DNA from: Tepidisphaera sp.
Lineage (GTDB): Bacteria; Planctomycetota; Phycisphaerae; Phycisphaerales; UBA1924
Direction of reading: 5' to 3'
Assembly (NCBI GenBank): GCA_050916045.1
Contig: CP051526.1
Span: 2,336,001-2,400,000, forward strand
DNA length: 64,000 nucleotides
Shown here: positions 8,530 through 18,260 of the stretch, in pieces
Numbering within the stretch: position 1 is the stretch's first letter
Layout: every line of letters begins with the position of its first letter
Notes under the pieces: generated by a model
Told to the model about the DNA's origin: nothing
Seen by the model: the letters and a program-made list of their open reading frames with translations, nothing else
Database searches by the model: none
Translations under genes and position numbers: made by a program

Positions 8530-10419
8530 TCAGCGGGGACGGTCGTCCTCGTGCTCATCGGAGCCGGGGGCGACGGTCGAGCCCGACGGGGAGATCAGAC
8601 CACCGGCGGACGCGGTGCCGTTGGTATCTCCGATGTCGTTGCTGAGCCACGCGGCTTCGGACCTGATGTCCGGGAGGCCGAAGGAGGGTCCGTACCACTC
8701 GGTGTAGTAGGGACCGTTGCTGAGACCGACGTAGCGGCAGAAATCAAAGTCGCGGCCGACGGGGGCGACGGCGGTGTCACCCATGCAAAGACGCTTGACG
8801 CCGAAGGGGTAACGGAAGGTGAAGGTCGTGCCGCGGACGTACAGACGGCCCATCGTGTCGAACCAGCGGAACATGGTGGCGGTCGAGCCGCGCGTCCGCA
8901 TTCCGACCTCATCGACCGCCGAGTCGACGAGGTAGAGCGACAACCCGCGCTTGAGCATGAAGACACAACCGACCCAGAACGCGCCATTGGAGTCGTCGAC
9001 GTTCGCGATCACGCGGGAGTTCTTGAGCAGGACGTGGTTGTTCGCGAAGAAGCCGAAGTTGGTGGAGAACGCCCCGGTGTACTGCTGGTTGCGGCGGGCG
9101 CAATCAGAGAGATCGATGGTGGAATTGACGAACGATGCGTGCGCGCCGTCACCGCTGATGAGGACGACTCCGCCGCGTTCGACGCGGAGCTGATCGAACC
9201 GGACGCCGTACGTTGAGGGATCCAGCGGATTGGTCGGGGGCGCCGCGTCGGTGATGCGGAACGGCGTGGAACGGTCACCGCACGCCGGGAAATAGCTGTA
9301 CACCGTGAGCCGGCGGATATCGAGGTTGCGGATGAACTGCCCCTGACTGCTGGTGCCGCAGCGGAAGCCGTGGATGTTACGGCTTGGGTTGAGCGGCTGA
9401 CCGTCCGGACGCATCAGCGAATAGCAGTGGGCAATGCAGTCCTCGATGAGGCCGGAATTGATCGTGTTCCCGCTTGAGAGGAAGCCGAAAGCATCGGCGG
9501 TGTTGTCGACGCGGAGGCCCATCAGGCCCGAAACAACGCAGCCGATGATGCTGTTTCCCTCGCCCGTTTCGCCGGTGAAGCCGATGCCGTGGTGGGAGGT
9601 GTCAACCGTGACACATTCCACAATCGAGCCGTTCACCGAGTGCTCCTGCGAGAAGCCGTACGAGCCCTGAAAGTCATTGAGCCAGAGATAGCTATGGAGC
9701 CCCTGGATCACGCAACCCACGCCCCGCGAGATCGTGAGGCCGCCGTTTTCGCCGTACGGCACGTACGCAACCTCGCCGTTGCCGGGATTGACGTCCTCGC
9801 CGGAAGCCGAGGAGACGTTGATGTGAAGCTGGGTCCCCGTGTAGAACCACGAGTAGGGCGTGGTTTCGACGAGCGCGATCGAGGTCACCGGGACGAGGTG
9901 GGCCAGGTGGCGGCCGCGGTTGTCGATGTTGACGTCCCAGTTCCAGACGACGCTCGCGAGGGCGAGACCGGCGGGAACGGTGGCGACGTAGCGGTGGGTC
10001 TTGCCGGCACGGGTCCAGCCGCGGACCGGCTTATCGCCGCGGAGCACGGCTTGCGAGAGTTTGAGGTTCGCGACGTTCGGATCATTCTCGGTCCACTGAC
10101 GGAAGGTCAGGGTGCGAGCCGGAGCCGCGAAGTCCATATTGAGGATGAGCGATTCGCGGAAGGTGCCGGCCATCAGCACCTCGGACCGGTCCTCAACCTC
10201 GCCGCGGCCGGTCGCCAGTTCAAACCGGTGCAGCGTGCGGAGCGGAGCGGCGGACGAGAGGCCGGAGTTGGAGTCATCGCCCAGTTCGCCGTGGATGTAC
10301 CACTTCTGCTGCGCGTGCGCACCGGAGGGGAACAGCGCGAGCATGAACACCACGAGGAAAGACACGCTCTGAAGCACGGACCCGACACGCGACCGCTTTG
10401 GCGTTGACGTGAACGACAT
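8530..10419 (-). CDS. Secreted right-handed beta-helix (pectate-lyase-like) protein
   Basis: Signal peptide ending AHA-Q; WYIHGELGDDSNSGLSSAAPLRT N-terminal motif; repeated I/V-x-x-C beta strands. Confidence 0.65.
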   Translation of the reverse strand: MSFTSTPKRSRVGSVLQSVSFLVVFMLALFPSGAHAQQKWYIHGELGDDSNSGLSSAAPLRTLHRFELATGRGEVEDRSEVLMAGTFRESLILNMDFAAPARTLTFRQWTENDPNVANLKLSQAVLRGDKPVRGWTRAGKTHRYVATVPAGLALASVVWNWDVNIDNRGRHLAHLVPVTSIALVETTPYSWFYTGTQLHINVSSASGEDVNPGNGEVAYVPYGENGGLTISRGVGCVIQGLHSYLWLNDFQGSYGFSQEHSVNGSIVECVTVDTSHHGIGFTGETGEGNSIIGCVVSGLMGLRVDNTADAFGFLSSGNTINSGLIEDCIAHCYSLMRPDGQPLNPSRNIHGFRCGTSSQGQFIRNLDIRRLTVYSYFPACGDRSTPFRITDAAPPTNPLDPSTYGVRFDQLRVERGGVVLISGDGAHASFVNSTIDLSDCARRNQQYTGAFSTNFGFFANNHVLLKNSRVIANVDDSNGAFWVGCVFMLKRGLSLYLVDSAVDEVGMRTRGSTATMFRWFDTMGRLYVRGTTFTFRYPFGVKRLCMGDTAVAPVGRDFDFCRYVGLSNGPYYTEWYGPSFGLPDIRSEAAWLSNDIGDTNGTASAGGLISPSGSTVAPGSDEHEDDRPR

Positions 10420-10641
10420 AACGAACCCTCCCCCCCACCCTGCGATCCGAGCCGGCTCGGGCGCCACCAGAACGGCGATTCGCCCGAGACTCCGGAGTCA
10501 TCCGAGAAATGCCGGACGACTCCCAGAACAACGCACCATCAGGCCGAGCAATGCTCATCGTACCAGCCGGAAACGACCGATCGCCGCGATCTTCACCTCG
10601 GGAGAGCCATTTGACTGGCTCGCGACACCTAGGATCCGCCG

Positions 10642-12627
10642 ATGCGTTCGATTCCACCGCCGAGCCGCGTCCGATATACCGAGTACTTGGGGCGCACCGG
10701 GAGCGCGGGCTCGGAGACCAAACCAGCTAAGAAAGACGCGAACGGGAAGTCCGGGCGCGGCTTTTTCACCCTTCTTTGGAAGTTATTCGCCGAATTGGGG
10801 CCGGGCAGATTCACATTGGCGGTTTCGTTGGGCACGCTTTCGGTATCCACGGGCCTCGCCTTGCTCCTGCCGAGTGCGACCAAGTTCGCCGTGGACTACG
10901 CGGTGACGGACAATCCGGGGCCGGCGGGGCTGCCGCCGTGGGTGCCGATCCGGGACCGGGTGGCTCTGCTCTGGACCATCGGCGCCCTGATGATGCTGAT
11001 TTCGGTGGTGGCGGTGGTTGTGGGGATGTGGGGCCGGTGGCAGATGACGCGGATGACGCATCTTCTGAAAGCCCGGCTGCGGCGGCGGGCGTTCGGCCAC
11101 GCGGTGAACCTGCCGCTTCACCGGATCCAGTCGCTGAAGACGGGCGGGGTGGCCGGTTTGCTCCGGGAGGACGCCGGAGCGGCGGGCGACCTGCTTTTCA
11201 CCCTGATCTACAACCCCTGGCGGGCGATCATTCAGTTGGTCGGCACGCTTGGGATTTTGGCGCTCGTGGACATCAAGATGCTTGTCGGCGGGCTTGCGAT
11301 CATTCCGGCGACGTGGCTGACGCACCGGCAGTGGATCAACAAGATCAGGCCGCTTTACCGTGACGTGAAGGAGACGAGGTCGACGACGGATGCGCACTCG
11401 ACGGAGACGTTCGCGGGGGTTCGGGTGGTGCGCGGGTTTGCTCGCGGCGCGACCGAATCGAGGCGGTTCGCGCTCGGGAACCACATGATGGGCCGGCAAG
11501 AGGTGCTGATCTGGTGGCGGAGCCGGGTGCTCGAAATCGTGTGGGCGTTCCTGGTGCCGGGAGCGTCGGTGGCGGTGCTTCTGTACGGCGGGTCGCGGGT
11601 GATCAAGGGTGACCTGACGATCGGCGACGTCTTCATGTTCTCGGCGTACGTCCTGATGCTTCTGGGGCCGCTTGAGACGCTCACAAGCACGGCGACGAGC
11701 GTGCAGACGAACCTTGCGGCGTACGACCGGGTGCTTGACCTGATGGAAGAGCCCAAGGAGTTTCACGGTCAGCCGGCCGGCGTGCCGCTTTCGAGGATCA
11801 CCACCAAGGGGCGGATCGAGTTCCAGAACGTCTGGTTCGCGTACCCCAAGCGTGAGAAAGCCAAGGCCGTGGCGGACGCAGCGAGCACGCCTGCAGCCGC
11901 CGCCGAGCCTGACTGGGTGCTCAAGGATGTGTCCTTCGTGGCCGAGCCGGGGACCACGACGGCGTTGGTGGGAGCGAGCGGGTCTGGAAAGACGACGCTT
12001 TCGAATCTGGTCGCACGGTTCGACGATCCGCAGAAGGGGCGGGTGCTGCTGGACGGAGCGGAGTTGACGGCGATTGATGTCGGGTCGTACCGACGGCTGA
12101 TGGGGATCGTGGAGCAGGACGTGTTCCTGTTTGACGGGACGATCGCGGACAACATCGCGTATGGGCGACGGGACGCGACGGATGAGCAGGTTCGGTCGGC
12201 GGCGAAGGCGGCGCACGCTTCGGAGTTCATCGAGCGACTGGAGCAGGGTTACTCGACGATGATCGGGGAACGGGGCGTGCGGCTTTCCGGGGGGCAGCGC
12301 CAGCGGCTTGCGATTGCGAGGGCGCTGCTCGCGGACCCGGTCGTGCTGATTCTCGACGAAGCGACGAGCAACCTGGACTCGGAGAGCGAAGCGTTGATCC
12401 AGCAGAGCCTGGGGCGGCTGATGCGCGGGCGGACGAGCTTTGTGATCGCGCACCGGCTGAGCACGATTCGAAAGGCGGATCAGATCCTCGTGCTCGACCA
12501 GGGGCGGATTGTGGAGCGCGGCACGCACGACGAGCTGCTGGCCCGGGGCGGGCGCTATGCGACGCTTCTGAGCAAGCAGGTTGAGGAAGACCCGGTGGGT
12601 CCGTCGGCGACGGTCGCGAACTCGTGA
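10642..12627 (+). CDS. ABC exporter, fused permease/ATPase (MsbA/MdlB-like)
   Basis: TM domain, Walker A GASGSGKT, LSGGQRQR, Walker B ILDEATS. Confidence 0.93.
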   Translation: MRSIPPPSRVRYTEYLGRTGSAGSETKPAKKDANGKSGRGFFTLLWKLFAELGPGRFTLAVSLGTLSVSTGLALLLPSATKFAVDYAVTDNPGPAGLPPWVPIRDRVALLWTIGALMMLISVVAVVVGMWGRWQMTRMTHLLKARLRRRAFGHAVNLPLHRIQSLKTGGVAGLLREDAGAAGDLLFTLIYNPWRAIIQLVGTLGILALVDIKMLVGGLAIIPATWLTHRQWINKIRPLYRDVKETRSTTDAHSTETFAGVRVVRGFARGATESRRFALGNHMMGRQEVLIWWRSRVLEIVWAFLVPGASVAVLLYGGSRVIKGDLTIGDVFMFSAYVLMLLGPLETLTSTATSVQTNLAAYDRVLDLMEEPKEFHGQPAGVPLSRITTKGRIEFQNVWFAYPKREKAKAVADAASTPAAAAEPDWVLKDVSFVAEPGTTTALVGASGSGKTTLSNLVARFDDPQKGRVLLDGAELTAIDVGSYRRLMGIVEQDVFLFDGTIADNIAYGRRDATDEQVRSAAKAAHASEFIERLEQGYSTMIGERGVRLSGGQRQRLAIARALLADPVVLILDEATSNLDSESEALIQQSLGRLMRGRTSFVIAHRLSTIRKADQILVLDQGRIVERGTHDELLARGGRYATLLSKQVEEDPVGPSATVANS

Positions 12628-12790
12628 GCCAGAGGGCCGCGTCGAGCGACGCGTCTTGCGGCCGACCCAGTTTCACCGAATCTTAAGTGCCTCCGCCCGT
12701 AGGTCGGTCGCCCGCCGAAGGGTGCCGGTGGTACATTCAGCCGTGCCGCTTCGCGTCGGTTCGCGGACGGCCGAGCTGAAAGCAAACACC

Positions 12791-13888
12791 ATGACGAATC
12801 GCTACGGACGGATTGTGCGGTCGATCGCGAAGCTTGTTCTTTCGGGGGCCGCTTGCGGATTCTGGCTGAGCGGATCCGGATGCGCGGTGGACGTCTCGAG
12901 CGGAGCGAATCGGGTGGAGACGGCCGCCGACGACATCGCCAACGACCCCAGAACGATCAGCCGGATCGCCATCATCGGCTGCCATCAGCAGCCGGACCCC
13001 GCTCCCGCGCTGGTGCGGTATGTCGAGGCCAAGCCGCAGCTCACCCTGTGGGTCGGCGACAACGTCTACGCGGACACCAAGGATGACCCGTCGCACATCG
13101 AGCGCTGCTACGCCGTGCTTGAATCCAAGCCCGGGTTCAAGGAATTGCGGGATATCTCGACGTTCATGGCTGTCTGGGACGACCATGACTACGGCCTCAA
13201 CGACGGGGGCAACGACTACTCGCTCCGAGAGAAGAGCCAGGCGATCTTTCGGAAGTTCTGGCGGCACGAGAACAGGATCCCGGCGGATCGTCCGGGCGTG
13301 TACCACGCGCAGATCTTCGGAGAAGCCGGACGACGCTTGCAGGTGATCATGCTCGACGGACGGTTCAATCGGGAGATCCCAGGCGAGAATGCGGACACCC
13401 TCGGCGAGCCTCAGTGGCGGTGGCTTGAAGAGCAGTTGCGGAAGCCGGCGGAGCTTCGCCTGATCGTGTCCGGATACCAGGTGCTTCTTGATCGCGAGAC
13501 GAAGTTTGAGACCTGGGCCAAGTTTCCGTCGGCACGCGAGCGGCTCTTCAAGCTGATCCGTGAGAGCAAAGCCGAGGGTGTGGTTTTCGTCGCGGGAGAT
13601 CAGCACTACGGGGAGGTGAGCAGGATCCGCGGGGCGATCGGGTATGACGCGGTGGAGCTGATGTTCGCCGGGATCAACCAGGACGAGTCGTGGGTGTACA
13701 ACTCCGCCCGGGTCTCGCCCGTCGCCAACTCCAAGCACTCGTATGCCCACGTGGATGTGCAGTGGCAGGCGACGAGCGGGGACAACTCCGATCCGGCGCA
13801 CCTGCTTTTCCGGTGCTTTGATGCGGAGACGGGCGCTCTCGAACTGACGTACCGCGTGAATCTGAGCGAACTCAAGATGCAGCGATGA
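12791..13888 (+). CDS. Alkaline phosphatase D (PhoD) family protein, likely exported
   Basis: GDNVYAD, WDDHDYG.NDG, GDQHYGE motifs. Confidence 0.88.
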   Translation: MTNRYGRIVRSIAKLVLSGAACGFWLSGSGCAVDVSSGANRVETAADDIANDPRTISRIAIIGCHQQPDPAPALVRYVEAKPQLTLWVGDNVYADTKDDPSHIERCYAVLESKPGFKELRDISTFMAVWDDHDYGLNDGGNDYSLREKSQAIFRKFWRHENRIPADRPGVYHAQIFGEAGRRLQVIMLDGRFNREIPGENADTLGEPQWRWLEEQLRKPAELRLIVSGYQVLLDRETKFETWAKFPSARERLFKLIRESKAEGVVFVAGDQHYGEVSRIRGAIGYDAVELMFAGINQDESWVYNSARVSPVANSKHSYAHVDVQWQATSGDNSDPAHLLFRCFDAETGALELTYRVNLSELKMQR

Positions 13889-13995
13889 TCACGTCGCAAC
13901 GCCCGATTCTCGACGCCGGGCACCTCGGCCGCGGAAGTCGCACGAGTCCGCAGAGGATCAATCCGGTGGTCGGCCTCAGGCCGAGCGGATGTCGC

Positions 13996-15063
13996 TCAGC
14001 ACGTCCCTGCTTCGAAATCACGGACGTACGCGTCGTAGTCGAAGAAGTCGGCGAAGCCATCGCCGTTGTAGTCGGCCGTTCGCTCGGGAAGGGTCTGCGG
14101 ACAGTCGCCGAGTTCGAAGCAGTCGACGTACGCGACGTAGTCGAAGAAATCCGTGAAGCCGTCGTTGTTGAAATCCGACCGGCAGAAGACGTCGACGCGC
14201 ACCGCTCCGGTATGCGAGCAAAGGGTGAAGAGCGTGTAGTCGCCTGAATCCTCGGGCCGCGAATTCTGGATCGTGAGAGCCGCGGTCTCGGTGCCGCGGA
14301 ACCGCCGGGAGTCGTGCAACTCGGTTCCGTTGCGGAACCACTGCCACGTGGAGGAGTCGCCCGTGGTGGCGAGCGTGACTGTCGTCCCGGCGAGGACGGC
14401 CCGCGAGGGCGGGGTCGTCACCTGCTGTCCCACGCAGGGGCTGCCGCCGACGTAGACCCACGCTCCGTCGACGCCGAAATCCGCGAGGGTTCGGGTCGCG
14501 GGATCGATCGGGTTGAGGTATACGGTGACGAGTTCGTTGCGGATCTGCTCCCACGGGATGCGGATGTGCAGGAGCCCGGCTTCGTTCGGGGTGGTCACCG
14601 TGAAGCGGAAGACCTCGGCCGGATTGGAGATGTTTGCGGGCTGCCCGATCTGCGGCGGTCGCTGGCCGGAGATGATGCCCATGGTGGTTGAGTCGGCGGC
14701 GTCGCGGGTGTCGTCGATCCGGAACCCGGTGGCGGTCGTGAAGACCGCGAGCGTCTGGGCTCCGAAGTTGAAGGGAGCGATGCGGCGCGGGTTGGTCGCC
14801 GTCAGGCCGGTGAAACCGGTCCGATCCCCGCGGATGTTGTAGACGGCGTTTGCGAACGCGGCTCCTTCGTTGAAGCGGGCGACCACGCGGACATCGACGG
14901 CCTGAAGGGGACCGGTCGCGAGGAATCGCGAGAACGAACCAGTTCCTTGCGGGGCGACCTCGATGCCGAGGACCGCTCCGAGGGATTGCTGCGCGTGAGC
15001 GCTGGCGGCAAGGAGACCGCCCGAGAGAAGAGCCGCAAGAGGCACGCACCGAATCGACGCCAT
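13996..15063 (-). CDS. Secreted protein with Ig-like domain and C-terminal GC-type dockerin anchor
   Basis: Signal peptide; WQWFRNG...DSGDY Ig motif; duplicated DF/YN.DGF.DFFDY ending in ...EAGTC. Confidence 0.82.
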   Translation of the reverse strand: MASIRCVPLAALLSGGLLAASAHAQQSLGAVLGIEVAPQGTGSFSRFLATGPLQAVDVRVVARFNEGAAFANAVYNIRGDRTGFTGLTATNPRRIAPFNFGAQTLAVFTTATGFRIDDTRDAADSTTMGIISGQRPPQIGQPANISNPAEVFRFTVTTPNEAGLLHIRIPWEQIRNELVTVYLNPIDPATRTLADFGVDGAWVYVGGSPCVGQQVTTPPSRAVLAGTTVTLATTGDSSTWQWFRNGTELHDSRRFRGTETAALTIQNSRPEDSGDYTLFTLCSHTGAVRVDVFCRSDFNNDGFTDFFDYVAYVDCFELGDCPQTLPERTADYNGDGFADFFDYDAYVRDFEAGTC

Positions 15064-15204
15064 TGGGTTACCTCCGTCTTCAGATGAAAGCTGGGCCGCG
15101 AGGGTGTGCTTGTGCGGCCGGGCACCTCCAAGTGTACCAGAAGCGGCGGCGGGGCGCGGCGAAACCTGTCGCGGTCCGGAGCACGTGCGCCTACCGTTGC
15201 GATT

Positions 15205-15347
15205 CGTGCTGGGGAGTAGCCTCCCGTCCGAGTCCCGCCGCGGTTCGGCGGTCGGAGGGTGGAATCGGTCGTCACCACGGAGCGATCCCGGATCGCTCCC
15301 GGCCGTTCGTTGCGTCCCTGTGGGACGCAAAGCGCAAGACCAACACG
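15205..15347 (+). promoter_or_regulatory. yybP-ykoY (Mn2+) riboswitch
   Basis: GGGGAGTAGC (15211), GGTCGTCACCACG...CGGCC and GCAAGACC closing motif with P1 CGTG..GG/CC..CACG, directly upstream of a TerC gene. Confidence 0.85.
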
Positions 15348-15410
15348 GCTCGGGCGACGCTCGCGACGCGCTCCGACTTGGGTGTGCCGCGCGTAAAGGA
15401 CCCTTGAACG

Positions 15411-16535
15411 ATGGTTCTCCCCCACCTTTCGAACGCCGTCTGCAGCCTCCCCTTCAGCGTGCTGGCCGAGTCGTCCGTTCCCGGCGGCATCTTTTGGTTC
15501 TACGTGGGGTTCGTCGCGCTTGTTCTGGTGTTCCTCGCCCTGGACCTTGGCGTCTTCCATCGGCACGCCCACGTGGTCTCCGCGAAGGAAGCCGCGACCT
15601 GGTCGCTTGTCTGGGCTTCGTGCGCTCTGCTCTTCACGATCTTTGTGTACTACGGCTATGAGAATCACTGGCTGGGTTTGGGCCAGAATGTCCCTGTCGT
15701 GGGCAAACCGGGCGAGACGATCACGTTGAGCGGGCGGGCGGCGGCGGAGCAGTACCTGACGGGGTACATCATCGAGTGGTCGCTTTCGGTCGACAACCTG
15801 TTCGTGATCGCGGTGATCTTTTCGTACTTCGCGGTGCCGGCGATCTACCAGCACCGGGTGCTTTTCTGGGGCATCATGGGGGCTTTGGTGATGAGGGGCG
15901 CGATGATCGCGGTCGGCTCGGCCCTGATCCAGAACTTCAGCTGGGTGACGTACCTGTTCGGCGGATTCCTGATCCTGACGGGCATCAAGATGGCGATGTC
16001 GGGGGAGGACGGCGTGCACCCCGACAAGAACGTGCTGGTGCGGATGGTCCGCAAGTTCCTGCCGGTGACGTCGCATTATGACGGGCAGCATTTCCTGACG
16101 CGGGCACCGGACAAAGCCGGCGTGGTCCGCCTTCACGCGACCCCCCTGCTGCTGGCGCTGGTCGTGGTCGAGTTTACGGATCTGATCTTCGCGGTGGACT
16201 CGGTGCCGGCGATCTTCGGGATCACCGGGGACCCGTTCATCGTGCTGACGTCCAACGTCTTCGCGATTCTGGGGCTCCGCTCGCTTTACTTCCTGCTGGC
16301 GAAGATGCTGGGGACGTTCCGGTACCTCAAGCCGGCGCTGGTGCTGATCCTGCTTTTCGTGGGGACGAAGATGCTGCTGGTGCACACGCAGTACAAGGTC
16401 GACACGACGGTGTCGCTGATCGTGGTGGTCGGGCTGCTCGGGGCGGGCATCGCGGCTTCGCTGCTGATTCCGCACAAGGACTCTCCGGCGGACGATCCGG
16501 AGGTCAGCCCCGAGGATCGCGCAAAGCAGGAGTGA
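15411..16535 (+). CDS. alx: TerC/Alx family Mn-homeostasis membrane protein
   Basis: LALDLGVFHR, YIIEWSLSVDNLFV, QHRVLFWG, TDLIFAVDSVPA, SNVFAILGLRSLYF. Confidence 0.9.
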   Translation: MVLPHLSNAVCSLPFSVLAESSVPGGIFWFYVGFVALVLVFLALDLGVFHRHAHVVSAKEAATWSLVWASCALLFTIFVYYGYENHWLGLGQNVPVVGKPGETITLSGRAAAEQYLTGYIIEWSLSVDNLFVIAVIFSYFAVPAIYQHRVLFWGIMGALVMRGAMIAVGSALIQNFSWVTYLFGGFLILTGIKMAMSGEDGVHPDKNVLVRMVRKFLPVTSHYDGQHFLTRAPDKAGVVRLHATPLLLALVVVEFTDLIFAVDSVPAIFGITGDPFIVLTSNVFAILGLRSLYFLLAKMLGTFRYLKPALVLILLFVGTKMLLVHTQYKVDTTVSLIVVVGLLGAGIAASLLIPHKDSPADDPEVSPEDRAKQE

Positions 16536-16581
16536 GCGTGGTATCGTGTCCCTCGCCGAGTTGGCGCCGCACGGAGGTCCG

Positions 16582-17034
16582 ATGAAGTACGACAGCCCCC
16601 TGCCCTATGAGAAATCCCGCATCCACGCCGCGGCGCTGTACTGCTCCGACGGCCGTATGGGTGAGCACTTCGACGACTTCCTTCAGAACGGACTCTCGCT
16701 GCCGCGGTATGACCGCGTGTCGCTGCCCGGCGGGCCGGCGTGCTTGGCGGGGCATCCGCAAGCGTCGCTGGAAGAGAAGGGAGTCGTCGATGAGCTTCAG
16801 TTCCTGGTCGAGGTGCACCAACTCCGGCGCGTGGTGCTGATCGCGCACCAGTCGTGCGCGTTCTACTCGTCGCGGCTGGAACTCAAAGAGCCGCGGCTTG
16901 AGCTCATGCAGCGGGCCGACCTTGTGCGAGCGGCGGCGATCGTGCACCGCGTGACGGGCCTGGACAACATCGATGCGTACTACGCGCGGATGAGCGACCA
17001 CGGCAGGATCACGTTTGAGCGGGTCGAGGCGTAA
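16582..17034 (+). CDS. Small beta-carbonic-anhydrase-like metalloprotein
   Basis: CSDGR ... PGG ... HQSC ligand pattern (CxDxR/HxxC); GGAGG RBS at 16573. Confidence 0.7.
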   Translation: MKYDSPLPYEKSRIHAAALYCSDGRMGEHFDDFLQNGLSLPRYDRVSLPGGPACLAGHPQASLEEKGVVDELQFLVEVHQLRRVVLIAHQSCAFYSSRLELKEPRLELMQRADLVRAAAIVHRVTGLDNIDAYYARMSDHGRITFERVEA

Positions 17035-17042
17035 GAAAGACC

Positions 17043-17112
17043 AAAGAGACGATCGCGCGAGCGGTCGCCTCGGCGCTCGGAGAAGATCGACCGCTCGCGC
17101 GGTCGTCTCTTT
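17043..17112. repeat. 25-bp inverted repeat (REP-like / bidirectional terminator)
   Basis: AAAGAGACGATCGCGCGAGCGGTCG ... CGACCGCTCGCGCGGTCGTCTCTTT, one mismatch (G-U in RNA), between convergent genes. Confidence 0.8.
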
Positions 17113-17129
17113 CAAAACCTCACCATCGG

Positions 17130-18224
17130 TTACCTCGGCTGCTGCTGGCTCGCGCAGTGGATCGCGCCCAGGCCCCAGATCAGATGCCAGCAGTCGATGC
17201 CGATGACTTGGTGCTTGGGGAGTGCTTCGCGGAGCAGTTCGAGGGCGAGCGCATCGTTCTTCTTGTCGCGGAAGGTCGGCACCAGCACCGCGCCGTTCAC
17301 GAACGAGAAGTTCAGGTACGTCGCGGGGAGCCGCTGGCCGTCGCGGATGAGCTTCTTCGGCATCGGGAGGACGCACAGGTCGAACGCTTTCCCGTCCTGA
17401 TCCCGGAGCAGTTGGCACCGGCGGATGTTGTCCTTGAGGATCTTGTAGTTCTCGTCCTTGTGGTCAAACTCGACCGCGACCGCGAGCGTCGTGGGATTGA
17501 TGAACCGGGCGAGGTCGTCGATGTGGCCGTCGGTGTCATCGCCATCGATGCCATCGCCAAGCCAGAGGATGTTCGTCTGGCCGTAGTAGTCCCTCAGGTA
17601 CTTCTCGATCTGCTTCTTCGACAGGTGCGGGTTGCGGTTTTTGTGGAGGAGGCAGCTTTCGGTCGTCAGCAGCGTGCCGCGGCCGTTGACGTCGATCGCG
17701 CCGCCCTCCATCACGACGCCCTGAAGCTCTCCGTCACGACGTGCTTTGGGATAGAAGACTGGCAAGCCGAGTTCCTCCGCGATCCGCGTCGGCACCGCAT
17801 CGTCATCGCCGTAGGGCGGGTACTTCCCGCCCCACGCGTTGAAGCCCCAGTCGACGATCGCCATCTCCTTCTTGCCGCGGTGCTTGCGGACGACAAACGC
17901 CGGCCCATGATCTCGGCACCAATTCTCGTTGGTCTTGATGTGGTGGAACCGCACCCGCTTGAGATCGACCTTGTGCTCGCGCAGCGTCGCGGTCACGATC
18001 TTCTCGTAGTTCACGTTCGGCACGTTCACATGCACCAACTCCCGAGGCGTGATCTCGCGGAAAATCGCCGCGAAGTTCGCGGGGATCTCCTCGTAATGCT
18101 CCGGGAAGGAGATCCCCTCGGGGCGAGGCCACGAGAACCAGGTGCCGGAGTGAGGCACCCATTCGGCGGGGAAGGTGAAGCCGAGTTCGGCGGGGGTTTG
18201 CTTGAGAATCTTGAGTTTGGGCAT
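17130..18224 (-). CDS. aguA: Agmatine deiminase (peptidyl-arginine deiminase family)
   Basis: PAEW, WCRDHGP, FNAWGGKY, EGGAIDVNG, DDTDGHIDD, GAIHC. Confidence 0.9.
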   Translation of the reverse strand: MPKLKILKQTPAELGFTFPAEWVPHSGTWFSWPRPEGISFPEHYEEIPANFAAIFREITPRELVHVNVPNVNYEKIVTATLREHKVDLKRVRFHHIKTNENWCRDHGPAFVVRKHRGKKEMAIVDWGFNAWGGKYPPYGDDDAVPTRIAEELGLPVFYPKARRDGELQGVVMEGGAIDVNGRGTLLTTESCLLHKNRNPHLSKKQIEKYLRDYYGQTNILWLGDGIDGDDTDGHIDDLARFINPTTLAVAVEFDHKDENYKILKDNIRRCQLLRDQDGKAFDLCVLPMPKKLIRDGQRLPATYLNFSFVNGAVLVPTFRDKKNDALALELLREALPKHQVIGIDCWHLIWGLGAIHCASQQQPR

Positions 18225-18260
18225 GATTGTTGAGGTCGTAAGAGGGTGGGTCCGCGTCCA

